Below, piece after piece: positions 14,992 to 21,545 of a stretch of 35,314 nucleotides of DNA. The notes under the pieces are model-generated. The model did not search any database. It was not told the DNA's origin and saw nothing but the letters and a program-made list of their open reading frames with translations. The first letter of the stretch is position 1. Every line of letters starts with the position of its first letter. The translations under genes and the position numbers were made by a program. This DNA is from a virus, in IMG/VR virus record IMGVR_UViG_3300043579_000184, positions 1 through 35,314 of that record; one strand, 5' to 3'.

Positions 14992-15185
14992 GCGACTGCA
15001 CCTGCCCCTCGAAGCCGTCGTGGGGCCTCTGGCCCTACATGTACCCGCCCGACGCGCCGCACCCGGTGCAGTACTTCGCGCAGGTCGTGTCGGGCTGCGG
15101 CGTGACCATCCGGTGGAGCTGCCGCCACCGGCACCCGGACCGTGACACGGCGCTCGACTGCGCCAGAAAGCATCTCGATGGCTAA
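14988..15185 (+). CDS. Small Cys/His protein (CxHxH...AxxCA)
   Basis: GGAGG SD; ATGA overlap. Confidence 0.65.
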   Translation: MSDCTCPSKPSWGLWPYMYPPDAPHPVQYFAQVVSGCGVTIRWSCRHRHPDRDTALDCARKHLDG

Positions 15186-15438
15186 GCCTGACCGCAAGAC
15201 CCGCAATCGCATCAAGCGCGCGGTGCTCGACGCCGCCGACAACCGCCCGTCCCTGTCGGAGTTTCTGGTCCGCCTGACCGGCGTGCACCCGGACCTCGAC
15301 GCGGCGCTAGAGGGCATCTACACGGGACGGGAAGGCCGGGTGGCCGAGCCCGTGGCCGACTGGAACTGCAGCCTCGTCTTCGGCTGGGCGAGCACGGAAA
15401 CCCGTAAGTTTGTCATCGAATACGCTTATCTGGCCTGA
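15178..15438 (+). CDS. Hypothetical protein
   Basis: Overlaps the previous gene; stop lies in the next repeat. Confidence 0.65.
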   Translation: MAKPDRKTRNRIKRAVLDAADNRPSLSEFLVRLTGVHPDLDAALEGIYTGREGRVAEPVADWNCSLVFGWASTETRKFVIEYAYLA

Positions 15439-15471
15439 ATAGGCCCACCTGTGGTATTATGATGGTGGAGG
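15432..15471 (+). promoter_or_regulatory. 40-bp cassette promoter/SD repeat (degenerate -35, extended -10)
   Basis: aggcccacctgtgg-TATTAT-gatggt-GGAGG. Confidence 0.8.
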
Positions 15472-15480
15472 TAGTGAAGG

Positions 15481-15699
15481 ATGAGTGACCCACGGTGGTT
15501 CTGGCTCGCGGTCTTCACCGACGGCGGCACCGCGACGTTCTACGCGGACAGTAAAGCACTGGCGTTCGACCACGCAGGGACGCTGGCGCGCGACTTCGCG
15601 CGGCGCGGCGTCCGGACGGTGACGCGGCTCAAGCATTCCAAAGACGTGACGCCCGGCGAGAACGCGGCCGCAGGCATCCTGCACGAGGAGACCAGATGA
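15481..15699 (+). CDS. Hypothetical protein
   Basis: Starts after the repeat SD. Confidence 0.7.
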   Translation: MSDPRWFWLAVFTDGGTATFYADSKALAFDHAGTLARDFARRGVRTVTRLKHSKDVTPGENAAAGILHEETR

Positions 15700-16037
15700 G
15701 CACACTCGACTGGAACGTCGGCGACGTGAACGGCACCTGCCTGCGCGGGTTTCTCGACCTGATGGATAACGACTTCGACCGGACGGTCGAACGGCTCAAG
15801 GCGCTCGGCGCGGAGGACGACGGCCCCGGCGACAAGACCACGGTGGAGTTTCGCGGCCGCTTCAACGGCGCGGTCTTCACACTCTACGACTACTACGGGA
15901 GCCGCAGCGGCCTGCACATCGGCGGGTTCGCGCCCTACGACGGTCCCCTGCCGGTTGATGTCGAGGGCCTCAAGGCGCACCTTGCCGAGTGGTTCAAGCT
16001 GCCCGGCGTGACGGCACGGCCGGGAGCCCCGTCATGA
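15696..16037 (+). CDS. Hypothetical phage protein (DK..VEF...FTLYDY...HIGG pattern)
   Basis: GAGGAG SD; ATGA overlaps. Confidence 0.75.
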   Translation: MSTLDWNVGDVNGTCLRGFLDLMDNDFDRTVERLKALGAEDDGPGDKTTVEFRGRFNGAVFTLYDYYGSRSGLHIGGFAPYDGPLPVDVEGLKAHLAEWFKLPGVTARPGAPS

Positions 16038-16204
16038 CCCGCTGGGTGGTCTATCATTCGGCCGACTGGGTCGGGCTGGTCGAAACCGGCTGGGTCACGG
16101 TCAGCGTCACCCCGTGCCTGACGTGGGGCGGACGCCCCTCGGAGACCGACGGGATCCCGGGCCCCTTCGCCCTGATGGCCACCGGCCGGGGCTGGACGAG
16201 CTGA
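16034..16204 (+). CDS. Small hypothetical protein
   Basis: ATGA and TGATG coupling. Confidence 0.55.
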   Translation: MTRWVVYHSADWVGLVETGWVTVSVTPCLTWGGRPSETDGIPGPFALMATGRGWTS

Positions 16205-16473
16205 TGTTCACCGACGCACTGCTGCCAGACCGTCGCGTCATGACCTTCACCGAGTACGTGCTGCCCGACGGGAGGACCGTGCGGGTCGATGCGACCGCCG
16301 CCAAGGGGCTCTCGGTCATCGACTTCACACTGGTCGGCGGCCGGATCGTCAACGCGATCCGCGCCGATCTGGTCTTCGTCTGCCCCCGCTGCAAGTCCCT
16401 CTCGCACAACCGCAACGACATCCGCGAGCGCTATTGCGGATCCTGTCACTGCTTCACCGCCGACCCAGCTTGA
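16204..16473 (+). CDS. Zinc-finger protein (CPRC...YCGSCH)
   Basis: TGATG coupling; stop is the TGA of TTGACA. Confidence 0.7.
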   Translation: MFTDALLPDRRVMTFTEYVLPDGRTVRVDATAAKGLSVIDFTLVGGRIVNAIRADLVFVCPRCKSLSHNRNDIRERYCGSCHCFTADPA

Positions 16474-16509
16474 CATTTAAGCCCACCGGTGGTAATATGC
16501 TGGTGGAGG
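16470..16509 (+). promoter_or_regulatory. 40-bp cassette promoter/SD repeat
   Basis: TTGACA-tttaagcccaccggtgg-TAATAT-gctggt-GGAGG; perfect CCACCGGTGG palindrome. Confidence 0.9.
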
Positions 16510-16515
16510 TAACGG

Positions 16516-16917
16516 ATGGCGAAAGCGACAGGACCGAGCAAGGCCGTGCTGGCCGACCTGATGCGCGCGGCGCACGCAGCGGGGATGGCGGCGGGAGCGG
16601 CGGCGGTGCCGCCGGTGATGATTGTCCGGCGACACGAGAACCCGTTGGACGACAGCTCGCCGGTAGCGAACGAATGGATTGTGCCCGACGGACCTTGCGG
16701 ATTTGCTTGGGTCACGATTCGCCCGGCGAACAGCCGAGCGGCGCGGGTGATGGCCGAGGAGCTGGGCGCGCGGACCAACAGCTACGAGGGCGGGATGATG
16801 CTCTGGGTGAGCGCATTCAACCAAAGCATGGCGCGGAAGGAAGCCTACGCGGCGGCCTTCGCGGAGGTGCTGCGGGCGGAAGGCATCCGGGCCTACGCCG
16901 GGTCACGGATGGACTGA
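16516..16917 (+). CDS. Conserved hypothetical phage protein (CGFAWV...QS..RKEAYA.AFA.VL...SRMD)
   Basis: Recognisable phage-family motif; starts at the repeat SD. Confidence 0.85.
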   Translation: MAKATGPSKAVLADLMRAAHAAGMAAGAAAVPPVMIVRRHENPLDDSSPVANEWIVPDGPCGFAWVTIRPANSRAARVMAEELGARTNSYEGGMMLWVSAFNQSMARKEAYAAAFAEVLRAEGIRAYAGSRMD

Positions 16918-16981
16918 CCGGGGAGCGGGTGGAGCACACGGGGCCCGGCCTGAACGGGCCCCCCAAACGAAGGGAGAGCAG

Positions 16982-17557
16982 ATGGAACGCGGTGACCGAG
17001 TGCGTGTGACGAAGGGCAAGAACCGGGGCGTGACCGGCGAGGTCTTCTGGGTCGGCGAGACGAAGTGGGGCCCGCGCATCGGGATCGACACGGGCGGCGG
17101 CAACAAAATCTGGGCGAGGCCGACTGATGTCGCGCTGACCTCGACCGACGTGCTTCCAGCCCCGGCCGTCCCGCCCGTCGGCGGGCTGATGGCGCTGGCG
17201 GCGGCGCTCGACGGCACGGCGGCGGCTCCGGCCTTCACCCTGACGCTGCCCGACGGGATTCCGGCGGCGGCGGTCCCGGCGATGGTCGCGACGGTGTCGG
17301 ACAGCGCAGTGGCGGCCCTGACGGCACGAGTCACAGGGCTGGAACTGCTGGTGGCGAGCTTGATGGCCAAGGTGGCGGCGCTGGAGAGCGCCGCCCCGGG
17401 CGAGGAGTACATGGCGACGGCGCGCGGCCCTGTCAGCGACCGCAGCATGGGCACCGCTGCCGACTACGGGTCTCGCGGGGACGTGGTGGCGCTCAGCGTG
17501 GACCCCGGCACGCACTGCCACGACGGTCACGACGGACTCTTTGAGGAGGCTTCCTAA
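16982..17557 (+). CDS. KOW/SH3-like N-terminal domain protein
   Basis: GDRVRVTKGKNRGVTGEVFWVG; GGGAG SD. Confidence 0.7.
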   Translation: MERGDRVRVTKGKNRGVTGEVFWVGETKWGPRIGIDTGGGNKIWARPTDVALTSTDVLPAPAVPPVGGLMALAAALDGTAAAPAFTLTLPDGIPAAAVPAMVATVSDSAVAALTARVTGLELLVASLMAKVAALESAAPGEEYMATARGPVSDRSMGTAADYGSRGDVVALSVDPGTHCHDGHDGLFEEAS

Positions 17558-17558
17558 C

Positions 17559-17957
17559 ATGCGCGGACTGAGTGTGAGTGTGTATCGGGACACGGGACTA
17601 CCGGACTGCACCAACGGCGGGGTGACCTCGTCGATGTCGCGGTTCATCCTCTTCGGCGAGGGGATCGACGGGAACTGGTCGCCGGACGAGTCGGCGGTCC
17701 CCAAGATCCTGCTCCTGAAGCGTGACAAGGTCCACCTCGGGGGCTATCTCTACGCGGTCCCCGGCGTCGTAGACCCTGACTCGGGGAACGTCGTCCCCGC
17801 GCCTCTGCCGGAGGGCCACGTCGGCTGGATGATGGGCGGCAACTACGTCGGCACCTGCGATAGCCGGTTCTCGACCGGGGTGACCAGCCTCGGAGCCATC
17901 CCGGTCCACGACCGCTCGGAGAGCTACGAGCTGTATCGCACGTTGTCGTCGGACTAG
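17559..17957 (+). CDS. Conserved hypothetical phage protein (DCTNGG...GGNY...DSRF...HDR.E)
   Basis: GAGGAGG SD; recognisable motif pattern. Confidence 0.8.
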   Translation: MRGLSVSVYRDTGLPDCTNGGVTSSMSRFILFGEGIDGNWSPDESAVPKILLLKRDKVHLGGYLYAVPGVVDPDSGNVVPAPLPEGHVGWMMGGNYVGTCDSRFSTGVTSLGAIPVHDRSESYELYRTLSSD

Positions 17958-17958
17958 C

Positions 17959-17966
17959 TGTATAAC
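17959..17966 (+). promoter_or_regulatory. TGTATAAC motif, copy 2
   Basis: Intergenic, just upstream of AAGGAGG SD. Confidence 0.5.
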
Positions 17967-17984
17967 CCTGAAGGAGGAACCCCC

Positions 17985-18476
17985 GTGCGTTGTGACCAGT
18001 GCTCGAAGTTCGTGAGTTTCGATACCGACCGTGAGCCCGAGGATCTCAGCCTCGATGTGACCGACGACGGGTCGGTGAGCGGCTCGGTCCGCATCGTCAA
18101 CGCCTGCGCGGACTGCGGGCAGGACTTGACCGAGGCCAACCTCGAAGTCGAGATGGATCTGAGCGGCGAGGTCGAAGAGCACCGCGAGGATATGAAGAAG
18201 GCGCACGACGAGGAGCAGGCCGCCAAGCCCGAGGACGAGCGCGAGCCGTACGACGAGGCTACGCACGACATGCTGTCGATCAGCAGCTCCGAGGCCGTCC
18301 GCTCCGACCGCCGTCAGACCCACGCGCGCAACGGCAAGCTGATTAGTAACCCGCGCTACCAGCGCCAGTACTACGGCGCGGAAGTCACGGTGGGCATCGA
18401 GTGCAAGTGCGGCGAGACCTTCGAGCGCACCGAAGTCTTCGAGGAACAGGCCAGCGCGATGGAGTCGCTGGTGTGA
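17985..18476 (+). CDS. Acidic zinc-binding protein
   Basis: AAGGAGG SD; CDQC, CADC, CKC; D/E-rich. Confidence 0.8.
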   Translation: MRCDQCSKFVSFDTDREPEDLSLDVTDDGSVSGSVRIVNACADCGQDLTEANLEVEMDLSGEVEEHREDMKKAHDEEQAAKPEDEREPYDEATHDMLSISSSEAVRSDRRQTHARNGKLISNPRYQRQYYGAEVTVGIECKCGETFERTEVFEEQASAMESLV

Positions 18477-18637
18477 GTGGGCCCAACCTCCAGAAGCGGT
18501 ACTCCTACGTTGTGTCGCTCCTGCTGCGCGCCCAGTACCTGATGGGCAATGACTGGCCCGAGTCCGCGCAGTTGCTCGAACGGCTCCTTGACAAGCTGGC
18601 GGAGGAGTCCTCGCCAGCGAAAGCCCTGCCGGGATGA
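18473..18637 (+). CDS. Small hypothetical protein
   Basis: GTGA overlap; GGAG SD. Confidence 0.55.
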   Translation: MSGPNLQKRYSYVVSLLLRAQYLMGNDWPESAQLLERLLDKLAEESSPAKALPG

Positions 18638-18639
18638 CA

Positions 18640-18816
18640 ACCGGCTAGTCGGGAGACCCCACTCCGACGATGTGAAGCGGGTTTGTTTCCGCAGACAAAG
18701 GCCGACCCGGAGGGTTGAGTTTCCGGAGTAACAAACCGGCGCGAGAAGGGCGCGACAGGCCGGGCGGGGGAGGTGTCACCAGCACCGGTGATCCCGTCCG
18801 GCCACCTTCGCTTTTT
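18640..18816 (+). ncRNA. Putative multi-stem structured RNA of unknown class
   Basis: ORF-free gap with stems GGTTTGTT/AACAAACC, GGCCGGGCGGG/CCCGTCCGGCC and TCACC/GGTGA, closing pair AAGCG/CGCTT, and a T-run. Confidence 0.5.
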
Positions 18817-18818
18817 GC

Positions 18819-18904
18819 GGGGCCTGAAGAGAAACACGGTATCCAGCCCGTCAATCGCCTGCTGAGGCAGGAGTTCCGGGTGCAAATCCCGGCAGGCTCC
18901 ACCA
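18819..18904 (+). ncRNA. tRNA-like / tmRNA-TLD-like RNA with encoded CCA and G3:U pair; no canonical anticodon arm
   Basis: Acceptor GGGGCCTG/CAGGCTCC plus ACCA; T-arm CCGGG-TGCAAAT-CCCGG. Confidence 0.7.
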
Positions 18905-18912
18905 TCCATACC

Positions 18913-18952
18913 TTGACATCTGGGCCCACCAGCGGTATCATATAGCTGGAGG
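18913..18952 (+). promoter_or_regulatory. 40-bp cassette promoter/SD repeat
   Basis: TTGACA-tctgggcccaccagcgg-TATCAT-atagct-GGAGG; 38/40 identical to the 14044 copy. Confidence 0.9.
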
Positions 18953-18956
18953 ACAG

Positions 18957-19370
18957 ATGACAGCAACCCCAGCAGCGTTCACCCGGGCGGGCCGCAACGG
19001 CCGCAGCCACGTCACCTACACGCCGACCACCGTGCTCGGCGACACGCACACCCACCTGAAGATCGATATTTACTACTCCAAGGGCGGCACCAACGTCTGG
19101 CACGGTACGACCGAGCCGCGCGGCTACTGGTTGAGCCTCGGGGCGGTCGAGGTCCGCGAGAACAGCATCATCGAGACCCTGTCGCTCAGGAGCGACGGCT
19201 TCGGGAAGCGCATCTTCCTGAAGGGCGCGGCCAGCTTCAGCGCGAAGCGCTTCGCGGAGGTCGTGATGATGGTGCGAACCGCCGAGGCCGAGCTGGTCCG
19301 GCTGGCGCTGGTCCGCGACTACTCCAACGTGTCGAAGGTGGCCAAGGAAGCCCTCGGCATCGCAGCTTGA
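18957..19370 (+). CDS. Hypothetical phage protein (YYSKGG.N...EPRGYWL)
   Basis: Single-gene cassette between two repeats; stop is the TGA of TTGACA. Confidence 0.85.
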   Translation: MTATPAAFTRAGRNGRSHVTYTPTTVLGDTHTHLKIDIYYSKGGTNVWHGTTEPRGYWLSLGAVEVRENSIIETLSLRSDGFGKRIFLKGAASFSAKRFAEVVMMVRTAEAELVRLALVRDYSNVSKVAKEALGIAA

Positions 19371-19406
19371 CAATTAAGCCCACCTGTGGCACCATAGTGG
19401 TGGAGG
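19367..19406 (+). promoter_or_regulatory. 40-bp cassette promoter/SD repeat
   Basis: TTGACA-attaagcccacctgtgg-CACCAT-agtggt-GGAGG. Confidence 0.85.
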
Positions 19407-19414
19407 TAGACAGG

Positions 19415-19591
19415 ATGGCGAAGTTCTCGACGGTCCCGGTGCTCTTCCCGACGCCGTTCGCGGTGCTGGCCAAGGTGCTCGCGGCCAAGGCCAGCGGGGC
19501 CCCGAAGACAGAACTGGCGGCGCTCGACGCCGCGTTCAAGGTGGCGGTCCTCCTGACCGCCAAGTCCCCGGCCCTGAAGGAGGCCGCGTAA
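19415..19591 (+). CDS. Small Ala-rich hypothetical protein
   Basis: Starts at the repeat SD. Confidence 0.7.
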   Translation: MAKFSTVPVLFPTPFAVLAKVLAAKASGAPKTELAALDAAFKVAVLLTAKSPALKEAA

Positions 19592-19914
19592 TGCCTAAAG
19601 CCTACGGCAATCTCATCAACCGTGTCATCGAAGACAGCGCCAGCCCGGCCCCGGCCGTCGGGATGGGTGCCACGATTCTCTGGTGGTCGGACCGGACGCC
19701 CGCGACGGTGACCAAGGTCAGCCCGAGCGGCAAGACCGTCACCCTCACCGAGGACCGGATCACTGGCTGGGAGAACCACTACGGCACCAGCTTCGCGCCG
19801 AACCCGAACGGCCGGGTCTTCGTCGCGCGCAAGAACCGGTACGGCCGGTGGAAGACGGCGGGGAACGGCGTCACGCTGGGCTCCCGCGCCGCCTATCGCG
19901 ACCCGAGCTTCTGA
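19591..19914 (+). CDS. Conserved hypothetical phage protein (VGMGAT..WSDR.P.TV)
   Basis: AAGGAGG SD; TAATG coupling. Confidence 0.8.
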   Translation: MPKAYGNLINRVIEDSASPAPAVGMGATILWWSDRTPATVTKVSPSGKTVTLTEDRITGWENHYGTSFAPNPNGRVFVARKNRYGRWKTAGNGVTLGSRAAYRDPSF

Positions 19915-19916
19915 CC

Positions 19917-20267
19917 ATGCCCTACTACCCCACGATTGCGGAAGACCTCGCCCGGGCGAAGCGGATTCTCGCCGACGGCAAGCCGCAGGAAGCCGACCTT
20001 GCCGACTTCGACGGCCTGCCGCCGCAAGTGAAGCAGTGCTTGGCGGCGGGCGGCACCATCTTCGGCGCGGACATCTACGCGGCCTACAAGCTGCTAGAGA
20101 GCCTCGTCGCCGAGGTCGAGCGGCTCCACCCCCTGCTGGCCGAAGTGCGGGAGCAGTACGACCGGCACCAGCGGCAGTACGAGTCGGCGGGCGGGAACCC
20201 ACGCACGCGCAAAGGGAACCTGATGTGTCACCTGCCGTACGCGCTGCTCCTGAAGCTCTTCCCTTGA
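19917..20267 (+). CDS. Hypothetical protein
   Basis: Starts 2 nt after the previous stop; stop lies in the -35 TTGACT. Confidence 0.7.
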   Translation: MPYYPTIAEDLARAKRILADGKPQEADLADFDGLPPQVKQCLAAGGTIFGADIYAAYKLLESLVAEVERLHPLLAEVREQYDRHQRQYESAGGNPRTRKGNLMCHLPYALLLKLFP

Positions 20268-20303
20268 CTTCTGAGCCCACCTGTGGCATCATGATGGTGG
20301 AGG
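20264..20303 (+). promoter_or_regulatory. 40-bp cassette promoter/SD repeat
   Basis: TTGACT-tctgagcccacctgtgg-CATCAT-gatggt-GGAGG. Confidence 0.85.
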
Positions 20304-20309
20304 GAAGCA

Positions 20310-20507
20310 ATGGCGGGTCGATACAGTTTCGAGTTGGCGGCACGGGCCACGGCGGCGTCAGCGGCGCTGAGAGCGCCGGGGGCGGCGGAGGCCAGTCTCG
20401 CCGCCACGCGGGTGGAAGTGGTGCGGATGGCTGCGATACGGGCAGCGGCGGACGCCCGGTTGGCGGCGAAGGCAGCGGCGAGAGCCGCCGCGAAGGAGGC
20501 AGCGTGA
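20310..20507 (+). CDS. Small Ala/Arg-rich helical protein
   Basis: Starts at the repeat SD. Confidence 0.65.
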   Translation: MAGRYSFELAARATAASAALRAPGAAEASLAATRVEVVRMAAIRAAADARLAAKAAARAAAKEAA

Positions 20508-20734
20508 CAGACAAGGCAGCGATACTGGCGACGGTTCGCGCGGGCGACCGGGTGACCATGCTGGTGCCGAACGGCATCGGGCGGAACGGCGTCGAGTGGA
20601 AGGCGGTCACCGGCCGCGCGGTCATGCCGAGCGCACACGGCGGCTGGGTGCTGAATCTCGGCGGCCGGTTCGGGACGCCGGGGGTGGTGGACGACAGCAA
20701 CTTCGTGAAGGTCGTGAAGCGGGCCAAGCGATGA
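20504..20734 (+). CDS. Small SH3-like hypothetical protein
   Basis: AAGGAGG SD; GTGA overlap. Confidence 0.7.
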   Translation: MTDKAAILATVRAGDRVTMLVPNGIGRNGVEWKAVTGRAVMPSAHGGWVLNLGGRFGTPGVVDDSNFVKVVKRAKR

Positions 20735-20946
20735 CGCTCCCCGACCTTATCCGGGTGCGCCTGACGACGATTGACCACTACGCGGAGTCCCGCCGGTTCA
20801 AGACGCTGGACGGGGCCCGCAAGTATGCCCGGCGGAAGCTCGGCGACACCTTCGACATCGGTCTCCACTACGCGGTCGATGCCTACGGGTGCGTGAAGCT
20901 CGAAGCGAACATTCCGATAGCCCTGCTGATGGGGAGGGAGGCGTGA
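20731..20946 (+). CDS. Hypothetical protein (FKTLDGARKYA)
   Basis: ATGA overlap. Confidence 0.7.
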   Translation: MTLPDLIRVRLTTIDHYAESRRFKTLDGARKYARRKLGDTFDIGLHYAVDAYGCVKLEANIPIALLMGREA

Positions 20947-21122
20947 TGGAACTACGTGACGTGACGCTCGGGATGCGCGTGGCGATCCACCCGGCGACGA
21001 GTCTCTGGATGCGCGGCGTGCGCTTCGCCGACGTGGTGAAGATCGGTCGCAAGACCGTGACGGTCGAGGCGGCGGGCCTCAAGGTGCGCGTCCACCCCTC
21101 GAATCTGGAGCCCGTTGTATAA
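20946..21122 (+). CDS. Small SH3-like protein (HPAT.LWMRG)
   Basis: GGAGG SD; TGATG coupling. Confidence 0.7.
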   Translation: MELRDVTLGMRVAIHPATSLWMRGVRFADVVKIGRKTVTVEAAGLKVRVHPSNLEPVV

Positions 21123-21123
21123 C
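21116..21123 (+). promoter_or_regulatory. TGTATAAC motif, copy 3
   Basis: Overlaps the upstream TAA stop; 6 nt before ATG 21130. Confidence 0.45.
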
Positions 21124-21129
21124 GAAGGG

Positions 21130-21330
21130 ATGCAGTGCACCTTCTACGTGCTGAGCGCGGATGACCCGCTCTTCCTGCTGGACCTGCCGTCGCTGCCGCC
21201 GCGCGGGCAGATCGTCCGGTTCGCCAACCGCTTCTGGACCGTCGAGGAGACCGAGCTGCGCGTGGCCCCCGGCACCCAACGCCCGGACCCGCAGGGGATC
21301 GTCTGGCTGCAGGAACGCCTGACCCACTGA
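21130..21330 (+). CDS. Small hypothetical protein
   Basis: ATG 21130 in ORF 21115-21330. Confidence 0.6.
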   Translation: MQCTFYVLSADDPLFLLDLPSLPPRGQIVRFANRFWTVEETELRVAPGTQRPDPQGIVWLQERLTH

Positions 21331-21335
21331 ACCCA

Positions 21336-21512
21336 ATGCGGCACGTCCTCTGCGGCGAGCCGGTCGTGTGTCGCCGCCAACCCCTGACGGCGGATCCCGA
21401 CGAGCGGCTGGTCGAGATGATCCCCTACTGCGCGTGGTGCGATCTGGATGTCCCGGCCGATGGACTGGCCGAAGACGAGCCCACCGCTGGACAACAAGTC
21501 ATAGGTCAGTAA
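21336..21512 (+). CDS. Small Cys-containing protein (58 aa)
   Basis: HxxC...CAWC; fills the gap. Confidence 0.5.
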   Translation: MRHVLCGEPVVCRRQPLTADPDERLVEMIPYCAWCDLDVPADGLAEDEPTAGQQVIGQ

Positions 21513-21545
21513 TCCATTGGTGCGCGGTCCTAGCAGAGGACCGCG

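Noticed and set aside
18767-18779. IS200/IS605 right end or omega-RNA (GGGGAGGTGTCAC)
   Set aside because: Lacks the upstream complementary CCCC arm, and there is no tnpA/tnpB/iscB in the window
18758-18810. HDV-like (theta) ribozyme
   Set aside because: A P1/P2/P3-like nesting is drawable, but P1.1, P4 and the J4/2 catalytic C strand are missing
18868-18900. Cobalamin riboswitch (GGTGCAAATCC T-loop)
   Set aside because: No GCCCCCGC-ACTGT or B12 box; the acceptor-stem-plus-CCA reading explains it better
18640-18904. Complete or two-piece (permuted) tmRNA
   Set aside because: 5' GGGGCC and 3' CCA are only 86 nt apart with no tag ORF ending in Ala-Ala-stop; permuted genes place CCA before the GGGG start
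18819-18904. tRNA-Sec with TCA anticodon at 18851-18853
   Set aside because: No proper anticodon stem or D-arm around TCA, and the discriminator is A rather than G
12201-20303. 40-bp repeats as a CRISPR array
   Set aside because: Inter-repeat distances are 0.2-2.4 kb and contain genes; the repeats are degenerate promoters; no cas genes
21477-21490. Additional operator copies (GAGCCCACCGCTGG; also near 2683 and 9233)
   Set aside because: Partial matches without the -10/SD context; plausible by chance in high-GC DNA
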